Source of the DNA: Chrysochromulina tobinii
Taxonomy: Eukaryota
Length of the DNA: 55,003 nt
Assembly: GCA_001275005.1 (NCBI GenBank)
Contig: JWZX01003342.1
Span: 1-55,003, forward strand
Direction of reading: 5' to 3'
Shown here: in pieces, positions 1 through 9,352 of the stretch
How positions within the stretch are numbered: position 1 is the first letter of the stretch
Layout: the number at the start of each line of letters is the position of its first letter
Notes under the pieces: model-generated
What the model was told of the DNA's origin: nothing
The model's database searches: none
What the model saw: only the letters and a program-made list of their open reading frames with translations
Made by a program: the position numbers and the translations under genes

Positions 1-2
1 GC

Positions 3-1860
3 ATCTTCTTTGAGGCCCACGTTGCGCAGCGCCGCCTCATTGAGGACCGGCAGCTCGACGAGGCGGCGCTCGGCCTGGAGGCGCCCGAGGCGCTCGCAAA
101 GATCCGGGCCGAGGCGGCGGTGTCGGTGGCGACGATGCCCTTCGAGCCCTTTGGCGGCCGCGCCGAGAAGGGTCACTATGTGGAGGTGACGAAAGAGGGC
201 CAGCACAAGGGCAAGCGCGGCGTGATCACGACGACTGACGACAAGTCTAGCAATCCGTACAAGGTGACCTTTGCCAACGGCACGGAGAGCGGCTGGCTCG
301 AGCCCGACGAGCTGCGCTCCTCGGGCCTCGTGCTGGGTGAGATGGCCACACTCCAACGCGCGATGGATGCGAGCGTGCCCGCCGTGCGCGCAGCGTGCGA
401 GGCGCGCCTGTCGGTGGCGCTGCGTGAGGCGCTGCGCACGGTGCGCGAGCGCGTGCTCGTCGACGCGCTGCCGCTGCTCTGCCTGGTGCAGTCCGAGCCG
501 CTGCGGCTGCAGTCGTCGCACCTCTCCTTCCAGGAGTACTTTGCCGCTCGGGCGCTGTGCGAAGAGGGCACCAAGCTCTCGGGCACGCAGCCGTGGCAGT
601 GGCCCGCGTGGTGGGCGAACGCGGTGCAGCTCGGTGCCCAGATTCCAGGCGACGGCTTTGGCCGAGGGCTGCTGCGTGCGGCCGGGGTGACGGGCGGCAC
701 GCTCGACCTCTCGCAGAAGCTCGGCGGCGACCCGCCGACCGTGCGGCATGTGCTGGCGGCCGTGGTCGCCGGTGCCGGCAAGCTGAGGACGCTCGACCTG
801 AGCCAGAACAAGCTCGATGCAGAGGATGCTCGGGCACTTGCCCCTGCCTTGATGAAGACCACGGCGCTGACAAGTCTCTCCGTCGCCAACAACGACATCG
901 TCGGGAAGGAGGCGCAGCAGCTTGCAAAGGCAGTGCTCAACTGCTTGTCGCTCGAGGTGCTCTCGGGAGTGCCGATCAAGAAGCTGCGCGCGGGCAAGCT
1001 GACAAAGCTCGACCTGCAGGGCAAGGGTCTCGGGGCGACCGAGGGCATTGTGCTGGCCGAGCTGATGCAGCTCCGCCCGGTCCTGACCCAAGCTGAGGCT
1101 CTATGACAACAACATCGGCAACGACGGTGCCAAGGCGATCGCGGTAAGCGCTGAAGGTCAACACGGTGATGACCGAGTTGAACCTCAGGTGGAACTCCAT
1201 CGGGGGTGAGGGTGCCATCGCGATCGCGGAGGCGCTGAACGGTCAACGCGGTGATGACCACCCTCTTCCTCGGCGACAACAACAGTCGGGGTCGAGGGTG
1301 CCAAGGCGATCGCGGAGGCGCTGAAGGTCAACGCGGTCTTGACCACCCTGCGCCTTGAAGATAACAAGATCGGTGCGGTGGGTGCCAAGGCCATCGCTGA
1401 GGCGCTGAAGGTCAACGCGGTCGTGACCACCCTGGGCCTGTACAAGAACAACATCGGTCCAGAGGGAGCCATCGCGATCGCGGAGGCGTTGAAGGTCAAC
1501 GCGGTGGTGACCACCCTCTACCTCGCAGCCAACAGCATCGGGGACGAGGGTGCCAAGGCGATCGCGGAGGCGCTGAAGGTCAACGCAGTCCTGACCGAGC
1601 TGAGCCTCTGGGGCAACAACATCGGTGATGACGGTGCTAAGGCGATCGCGGAGGCGCTGAAGGTCAACGCGGTCCTGACCAAGCTGGACTTGGACGACAA
1701 CAAAATCGGACCGGAGGGAGCCATCGCGATCGCGGAGGCGCTTAAGGTCAACGCGGTCCTGACCGAACTGGACATCCGGGCCAATGACATGGGAGATGCA
1801 GGGAAAAAAGCGGTGCGAGATGCGGTTAAGGGCCGGAGTGGATTTGTGTTGGAGCTGTAG
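3..1860 (+). CDS. NACHT-LRR (NLRC3-like) protein, 5'-partial, with four apparent +1 frameshifts (~1089, ~1145, ~1240, ~1286)
   Basis: Frame open from base 3 (IFFEAHVAQRR...). NACHT winged-helix motif SHLSFQEYFAA, then RI-like LRRs (LRTLDLSQNKL, LTSLSVANNDI) and about nine 28-aa repeats xxLxLxxNxIGxEGAxAIAEALKVNAV. Stop TAG at 1858-1860. Confidence 0.85.
1080..1800 (+). repeat. 84-bp tandem LRR-coding repeat (about 9 units)
   Basis: Recurring core GGTGCCAAGGCGATCGCGGAGGCGCTGAAGGTCAACGCGGT at about 84-bp spacing. Confidence 0.95.
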
Positions 1861-1937
1861 AAAATGATTGCGAGAGCACTGTGAACATGTGTGGATCGCT
1901 GTTTTGGGGTTTGTGAAGTTATTTCCTAATTTGGCAG

Positions 1938-2063
1938 CTGCCTTAAAAGGCGTTTTCAATAGGGTCTTGACCACCCTCGACCTCGGGATGAATGGCATCG
2001 GGGCCGAGGGTGCCAAGGCGATCGCGGAGGCGCTGAAGGTCACGGCGGTGCTGAAAAATTTAC
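1938..2063 (+). other. Orphan LRR module / possible alternative exon downstream of the NLR stop
   Basis: Encodes ALKGVFNRVLTTLDLGMNGIGAEGAKAIAEALKVTAVLKNL and is preceded by TTCCTAATTTGGCAG (branch-point-like CTAAT plus CAG acceptor ending at 1937). Confidence 0.7.
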
Positions 2064-3407
2064 GCAAAGCGAGCGCCCTACTCGGAGAACGCAGGAAAAC
2101 CGTCGAAGCAAATCTAAAATGCTCGCCTTCCATTCGGGAAAACCGTCGCGAGGAAAAAATGCTCGCCTTCCATTCGCGTTCCAATCGCGAGCTTCCAGAC
2201 ATCCGCTCAGGTCTTCCATGCTCTGGAGCTCGTGTCAAAACGAGCTCAACGACGACGCCGGGGACGCCCTCTGAACCGCCGCCCAGCCGGGATTCCCGAT
2301 CGATCTGTGACGGCTGGCGCCCAAAGCCCCGGCACGACCGCCGCCCACGGGTGCCGGCTCAATGCCTGCGGGTGCGGACCAGCCCGCCCAACCGGTCCAA
2401 CTGTCCAAGATGGCGCGCAAGCGAGCATTGCAGCGAGCAGGCTGCTCACGCGCATTCCCAAGCAGGTGCGCGCGTGCCCGCACAACTTTCGCGTCGACCT
2501 GATATGCGCGAGAGCGTATGCGACGCTCGGCGAGCTGCACCTTGCCTACGAGCAGGACTTGGTCGTGACATGCGATACGTGGTTGTTGGCGCTGCGGTGC
2601 TCCCGCGCGCGCCGGCCATGTGGGACGACGGCGTCGACGGCGGCCCGGGGTTGAGACGCGAGATGAGACGCCTTCTTGAGTCTCGCGTCTTCATGCGGAT
2701 CGGACAGAGTGCTTGCGGCTCAGTGGGTCCCTGGGACCTTGTGGGGACCAGTGAAGATGAGTCAGAGATGAGAGAACAGAGACCGAGAAGGGTTCACGCT
2801 GCGCGGCCTGGTCACGGGTCACGTCTATGTGGGTCACCGATAGCGACGCCGACGGAAACCCCAAGTGGAGCGCAGCGTTACTGAAAGCTCAATGTACTCG
2901 AATCAACACATGCGATCAGTCTTCAGTGCAAGATGTTAGCAAGACACTCCGCAAAACCCAATTGGCCTCGGACGCGCAGTCCGTCGGCCCCAGTGGAGGT
3001 GAATAACCGACCGAGGGCGTCGCAGAGCGCGGTGGCAACGAGCATGGCGGTCCCCACACCCCCCTGAGCTCGAGCGAACGAGCCGCTCGACGCGCGCAAA
3101 GAGGTGCGCACGGCGTCGCCACGACTGCGCTTTGCCGATTGTAATTCTGTTTTCCTTGGCGCTTCGGGTCGGGTCCACCCCCCTCCCCCGGAGCGATCGC
3201 GCGCGTCGTGTTGAACAGGATTCTTGGTCGCCGGCAACCAGTGACTTGGTCATTCACGCTACTTGTTCACACACCCTGCGCCGCGCAAGTACGAAGTTTA
3301 GTAGGGATCCCTATGATTTTCGCGTTACCCTACGTTTCTTGTGTGCTGTCTGGTGCACCACATGCTGTGAGCCTGTGAGCGAAGCAGTTCTCTACTAGTG
3401 TGCTCAT

Positions 3408-6400
3408 CTAATCCGCAACTTCATCCCTCATCAACTCGTCCAGTTCCATGTACCGCTCCATCTTCGCGTGCGCCGCGTTGCGCGCACTCGAGGCCTTGCT
3501 CGCAAGTGCAAGCAGCTCCATTTGCGGCAGGCGCGGCTTTGCATTCTTGGCCGCCTCGAGGGTCGCCTCGGCCTTCGCCGCCGCCACCTCGAGGGCCTCA
3601 ACGTCCGCCTCGATCGTCTCGAACTCCTCGCGCTCCTTCTTCGTCACCTGATGAGGGGGGCCATCAGCAGCCATCAGAGGCCATCAAGGGCAATCAAGGG
3701 TGCGCCTCGAATTCGTCACCTTCCGTTTCTTCTTTTGGGCACTCTCCTTCGAGAGCTCGTCCGCAAGCTTTGCGAGCGCGCGTTTTGAGGGCGCGGGCGG
3801 CCCACTTGGGGCGGGCGGCGGCGGCGGCGGCGGCGGTGGCGGGCTGCGGAATCCGCGGTTCATCACCTCCTCGAGCATCGCCTGGGCGCGGAGCCGCTGC
3901 GCCTCGAGCTCCTCCATCTCGGCGTACCTGATGAGGGGGGCCATCAGCAGCCATCAGAGGCAATCGAGGGCAATCGAGGGCGATCAAGGGCGTACCACCC
4001 ATCGAGCATCGTCTGCAATCAATGGCAATCACTTTTAATCACTGTTAATCAATGTCAATCCATGTCAATCAGGGGCGTACCACCCGTCGAGCTTCGCCTG
4101 CAACGCGCCCCGCTGCGCATCGAGCTCCCTCACTCGCCCCACATCGCTGCCGGCCTTCATCATCTCCGCATCCAGCGCCGCGATCGCCGTCTCCGCCTCG
4201 CCGATCTGCTCCTCGAGCCTGGCCAACTTCTTGGGTGCCCCATTCTGAAGCTTCTGTGCGTTGCGCTGCTCCTCGCGCAGTCGCTTGGCCTCCTCGGCGC
4301 TCATCGGCGGTGGCGCCGGCGCCGCGACCACAACGGCCGACGCATCGCCCACAAAGTTGTTGCGCACGCCGCGGTCGGTCTCCGAAAAGTCCGCATCGCG
4401 CAGCTCCCGTTCCTCGACGACGCACCGGCCGCTGCACACGTAGCCGACGTGCGTGGCGCGCACTGCCTCGCAGAAAGGCCGATCGTGCGAGATGACCACG
4501 ATCGCGCCCTCGTAGGTATCGAGTGCGTCCAGCAGCGCTTGGATCGCGCCCACATCGAGATGATTAGTCGGCTCATCAAGCAGCAGCACATTGTACGGCG
4601 TGAGGCAGAAAGTGGCGAGTGCAACGCGTGCCTGATGAGGGGGGCCATCAGCAGCCATCAAAGGCAATCCAAGGCAATCCAAGGCAATCCAAGGCAATCA
4701 AGGGTGCGCCTCGTGCGCGACGCGTGCCTTTTCGCCACCGCTCAGCGCGCCGATCGGCCGAATGCCCTTGTCACCGATGAGTCCAAGAGAGCCCATGATG
4801 GTACGGCATCGCTCCTCGGTCACGCTCGGGTCGTATTGACGAACCGAGCGCGCCACGTAGCTCAGCGCAATCTCCGCCTGCGGCAGCTCCTGTGCAAGGT
4901 CTTGTGCGAAGACGCCGAGGCGGAGTCGATCGTCCTCGAGCCGTGTGCCCGCGGCGAGCGGCAGCGTGCCACTGAGCGCCTTGAGGAGGGTCGACTTGCC
5001 TGCGCCGTTGGGCCCGCGTAAGATGATCCTCTGCCCTCGGCGCACCTGATGAGGGGGGGCATCAGCAGCCATCAGAGGCAATCAAAGGCAAGCAAGGGCA
5101 AGCAGCAGCAATCAATGGCAATCAACAGCCATCATCAGCGCACCTCCATCTCGCCGCCGCAATTAAGCAGCAATCAATGAGCAATCAATGAGCAATCAAT
5201 GGCCATCAATGGCCATCAATGGCAATCAATGGCAATCAACAGCCAAGCGCACCTCCATCTCGACGCCGCGCAGGATCGGGGCGGAGCCCAATGCATGCGC
5301 CACATCAGCCGCCTGGAGTGCCAACGGCCGGATTCCACAGGCCGGTGGCTGGGCGAGCCTCAGCTTGGGCCCTCTCTGTTTGGCAACCACGAGCGCCTCG
5401 GCGGCTTCCAATTGAGGCCAAACCTGTGGGGAACGGGTGCGCGCGCCGTGGTGAGCAGGGGGTAGCGCGCCGTGGTGAGCACTTGCATGCACGGCTTCCA
5501 ATGGAGGCCAAACCTGATGAGGGGGCCATCAGCAGCCATCAGAGGCCAATAAGAGCAATCAAGGGCAATCAAGGGTGAGTCGGCTTCCAAATGAGGCCAA
5601 ACCTTGTCGAGCTGCTTCAGAGCATCCGCAGCTTTGGAGCGGTCGACATTCTCCCACTTGTTGACGACCGCGAGCAGCCGCTGCTCCTCCATTTTGAGCT
5701 TCTCGACCTTTGCCTCGGCTTCTCGCCGCCGCTCCTCACGTACGATCGTGTACCTGTTGGGGAGGAGGGTCGAGGGGAGGGGCAGCCCGACGGGTGGAGA
5801 CTGTCAGGCACGTGCTTTGAGTGTCCTCAGAGGCCGCCATCAGAGGCCATCAGAGGCCATCAGAGGCCATCCGAGGTCATCCGAGGTCATCCGAGGTCAT
5901 CAGAGGTCATCAGAGGTCATCCGAGGCCATCCGAGGCCATCATGGAGAGGTGACCTCGAGAGAGGCGTCGAGGGGTACAGGCAGAGCCGGCCGCCGTCCA
6001 CGTCCGCGATCGAGTTGCATGCGACCGAAACAAAGGCCTCATCGTGCGAGACCACGAGCACCGTGCCCGAATACGCCGAGATATACTCCGCCAGCCAGCG
6101 GCGCGCGGCTGCGTCGAGGTGGTTGGTAGGCTCATCCATGATGAGAAGCTCGGGCTCGCTGAGGAGCAGGCGCGCGAGCCCGATGCGCATCTGCCAGCCG
6201 CCCGAGAAGGACGAGCACGGCTTGTCGAACTCGTCGAGCTCGAACCCGAGCCCCGAGAGCACCAGCGACACGCGCCTCTCCACCGTGTACCCACCCGCTG
6301 CCTCGAAGTCGGAGCTTGCCTGATCGAGCGCCTTGAGCTCGCTCTCGGAGCCGGTGACACACGACGCCTGTGCCGCCTCGAGCGCGGCCTTGGCTCGCTG

Positions 6401-6781
6401 GTAGTCCGCCATGCGCGACATGACCTCCTCGCGCACGCTGCGGGCCGAGCCAGAGACGGCGGTCTGCTCGAGCATGCCGAAACGCAGTCTCGGGTTGACG
6501 TGGATTTGATTGGAGAGCTCGCCGCCAACGCCGCCAACGGCGGCGGACGATATCGTCTTGAGCAGTGTCGATTTGCCGCAGCCGTTGGGGCCGAGCAGCG
6601 ACCAGCGCTCATTGGGCATGATGCTCCAGTCGAACGGCTCGATGAGATTGGAGCTGCCAGCCCAGACGGCAAGATCACGAATGGCAATGGCAGCGCCGCC
6701 GCCATCAAGCGCCATGCGTGGCGGCGCGTTGAGGCGGCGCATCGGCAGCAACGCCAAGCACACGCTGCTCAAAAGCAACAT
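3408..6781 (-). CDS. ABC-F family ATPase, predicted plastid-targeted; introns 5754-5954, 5424-5602, 5046-5252, 4632-4727 (GC-AG), 3928-4080, 3648-3719
   Basis: Two NBDs (GPNGCGKST/FSGGWQMR/DEPTNHLD and GPNGAGKST/LSGGEKARV/DEPTNHLD), no TM domains. Removing the six introns gives a continuous frame. N-terminus MLLLSSVCLALLPMRRLNAPPRM resembles signal+transit peptide. Confidence 0.92.
3648..5602 (-). mobile_element. Family of Introner-like repeated introns (shared 3' ends at 3648, 3928, 4632, 5046, 5514)
   Basis: Near-identical intron 3' end TCTGATGGCTGCTGATGGCCCCCCTCATCAG preceded by GATTGCC-based 10-mers in five places, each flanked by duplicated exon sequence. Confidence 0.75.
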
Positions 6782-7106
6782 GGCACTCTCGACTCAATGT
6801 TTGTGTTGACGTCTGGAAATCTCGAGGGAGCTCACGTTCGTTCGACAAACGTGACAAAACGAACCGTCCTGGGTGAGGTTAGTCCTCAGGTCGCTCTTCC
6901 CGCCCATCATGTGTATCGAGTTACACCGAGATACGGATAGGAGAGCGACGCGCTTGGTTTTCAATTGGTCCCTGTGAAACGTCATTAGGCTGTCGCGAAG
7001 TACTACGTTACGATACATTGTAGAGGGGGTAAGGAGCTGTGTTGAGTCGTCAGTACGATACATATATCACCAACACGCGTCACTCGGCTCCGACGCGTCA
7101 AGGGGC

Positions 7107-7760
7107 TTACGCGAGGCCAAGGAACCTCAGACAGAAATACCCGAACACGAGCGTGGGAAGGTACGAGACGAAATTGGTCACTGCACGTCCCAGGAGTGGG
7201 ATACCGGCGATCGACGCCGGCACGAGCATGGCCGCCAGATTCTCGCCAAGGGAGCCTTCAAACTGGACAACCTGCATCGTCCCACCGCCAGGCAGCGTGG
7301 TGGTCGTCGAGCGGTAGGCGCCTCCGCCGGCACCTTCACTCTCCTCGGTGGTGCCGTCGGGATGGATCGTAATCTTGATCCGCTTGCCATTCTGCACCAA
7401 CGTCCCGGAGATGGTCATGCCAGGCCGCCACTGCCGCATGAGCGATTCTCCAAAATTTGCGTCAAACATGGCACTCGCCCGACCAAAGTCGAAAACATGG
7501 TCGATGTCTGTACTGGTGCCTCCACGGTCATAGTGAGCTCTCTTTGCTGGATCGCTCAACACCTCATACGCTTGAGAGATTCGCAAGAACCGAGCTTCCG
7601 CCTGCCGGTCACCCGGGTTCTTGTCTGGATGGTTGATCAGAGCGGCACGGCGATATGCCTTGCGGATCTCAGCAAAATTAGCGTCGCGCGTCACGCCGAG
7701 AATATCGTAGAAGGACTCGGAGTCAAGAATCGGGGTGAGTTCAGTTCCGGCGGGCATCAA
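7107..7760 (-). CDS. DnaJ/Hsp40 J-domain protein with hydrophobic C-terminus
   Basis: FYDILGV...[21 protein letters not shown]...[15 protein letters not shown] is a complete J domain with the HPD motif. Confidence 0.93.
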   Translation of the reverse strand: MMPAGTELTPILDSESFYDILGVTRDANFAEIRKAYRRAALINHPDKNPGDRQAEARFLRISQAYEVLSDPAKRAHYDRGGTSTDIDHVFDFGRASAMFDANFGESLMRQWRPGMTISGTLVQNGKRIKITIHPDGTTEESEGAGGGAYRSTTTTLPGGGTMQVVQFEGSLGENLAAMLVPASIAGIPLLGRAVTNFVSYLPTLVFGYFCLRFLGLA

Positions 7761-8069
7761 ATGCGGGCACCGTACAAAAGCCGATTTCGGCCACGGGCCG
7801 CGCCCTTTCGCTTCTCAGGCGGAGCGGATGATAGGCGCGCGGGGGAGGGTGAAGCGTGCAAAAGGTCAGCTCAGAACTTCGGGCATGACATGAATTTGAA
7901 GAAATTCCCCCAACGCACCCAGCCGCACCGGGTCGGGTCTGGTCGGGTCGCGCGCCGCCACACAGTCCTCTCAACACCTCTGTCGGCTCTGAGACACTGA
8001 GAGTGACAAGTCCAGCGAAACGCCTGTGTGCCTGGTCCCACTGGCCATACAGTGCTTGCCCAACAATCA

Positions 8070-9188
8070 TCACTCTCTGTCCCCGAACTCCCCCGCCATA
8101 CCTACAGCGCCATCATACTTGTCGCCATATCGATTGAGGTACGCCTGCTGACGATCCTTGTGAAGGAGGCTGCGAGCCGTCTTGTCGACGTAGCGCTCCG
8201 GGGTGCCCGTCTGACGCGTCTCGAACTTCTTATTGTACACCGCCTCATCCTGGGCCCACGGCTCGCGCGTCACCGGCTTCAACCCCACCAGCGCCGCCGG
8301 GCGCGCGCGTAAGGCTGTATTGTCCCATGCTGGCCTGCCCGCGACGCGACTCTCCGGCTTGGCTCTCATGGACATCAAGCGAGACCAGTCGACGTGGGAC
8401 GACGAGACGACGTGCTGCTGACCAGGCCGCCGGCCAGGCCACGTGCTGCCGTGCGCGTGCTGAGGCTGCGACTCCGCCGGGAGTGCCCCCGCGTCGCCGT
8501 CGGTTAGAGAGCTCGTCGCGGCTGGCTTGGCACGCGCCGCAAAGCTCACCTTGTTGTCACTGCGCGCCTTGGGTGGAGCCTCAGACGGATCGCCGTCCGT
8601 GTCGTTCGCAAGCTCGGTGCTGGCCATCGGTTTCGGCCTCGGCCTTGGCTTTGGTTTCGGTGCTCCGTCGATTGCGATGCCACCGCCTCCGCCGGCACTG
8701 CCGCGGCCGCCGCCGCCCGTGGCCTTGTCAGCACCGCCTCCGCCTGTGGCCTTGTCAGCGCTGCCGCCTCCGCCGGCGGCCGCGTCAGCACCGTGTGCAG
8801 CAGCCTTAGCGCGCTTACTGCTCACACCCAACACTTGCGCGGCTTGGCTCAGTGCTTGACCTCCAGTCTTCACCACTGCCGACAAAGGAGATGTGGCTTT
8901 CTTCGGAGGCGACGAGGCTTTTCCTGTTGCTGTTGGCTTTCCGCCAGTAGCAGCAGCATGCTCCTCCTGGTGCTCGAGGGTAGCAGAACCGTGGGCCTTC
9001 ATGCCGCCCTTGGACTGACCGCCCTTATTGTCCGGCGGCGACGACGACTCAGTGTCAGTTGACGTGTTGCTCTTGTCGCGGAAACGATTGCCAACCTTTT
9101 TGCTGCCCGCTTCTTCCGAAATGCTGGCTGCTGAGAATGTGACGCTTGATGTTGAAAAGCACGATAGGCAGCGCTTGAACGCATCCAT
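8070..9188 (-). CDS. Hypothetical low-complexity protein (MDAFKRCLSCF...)
   Basis: Long ORF with Gly/Ala/Lys-rich disordered middle and an ordered-looking C-terminus. No family recognised. Confidence 0.6.
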   Translation of the reverse strand: MDAFKRCLSCFSTSSVTFSAASISEEAGSKKVGNRFRDKSNTSTDTESSSPPDNKGGQSKGGMKAHGSATLEHQEEHAAATGGKPTATGKASSPPKKATSPLSAVVKTGGQALSQAAQVLGVSSKRAKAAAHGADAAAGGGGSADKATGGGGADKATGGGGRGSAGGGGGIAIDGAPKPKPRPRPKPMASTELANDTDGDPSEAPPKARSDNKVSFAARAKPAATSSLTDGDAGALPAESQPQHAHGSTWPGRRPGQQHVVSSSHVDWSRLMSMRAKPESRVAGRPAWDNTALRARPAALVGLKPVTREPWAQDEAVYNKKFETRQTGTPERYVDKTARSLLHKDRQQAYLNRYGDKYDGAVGMAGEFGDRE

Positions 9189-9352
9189 CCCGCCAAAGAC
9201 GAAGGGCCACCAAATTGGTGCCAGACCCTCGAAAGAAGAGCCGCCCAAGGGGGTGCGGAGCTTCAAACTTCTCAACTTTTGGGGGTTTGACCCACTTACA
9301 AGTGAAGCCGCGCACAAAGTGATGCGGCACACCGTCAAGATATGAACTCGAT

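Noticed and set aside
1080..1800. 84-bp repeat-spacer pattern resembling CRISPR
   Set aside because: It is in-frame LRR coding sequence; the variable parts are beta-strand codons.
1868..2884. 338-aa ORF as a real gene
   Set aside because: No ATG start, and only the LRR module is recognisable. The segment 2470-2770 may be a decayed gene but I cannot assign it.
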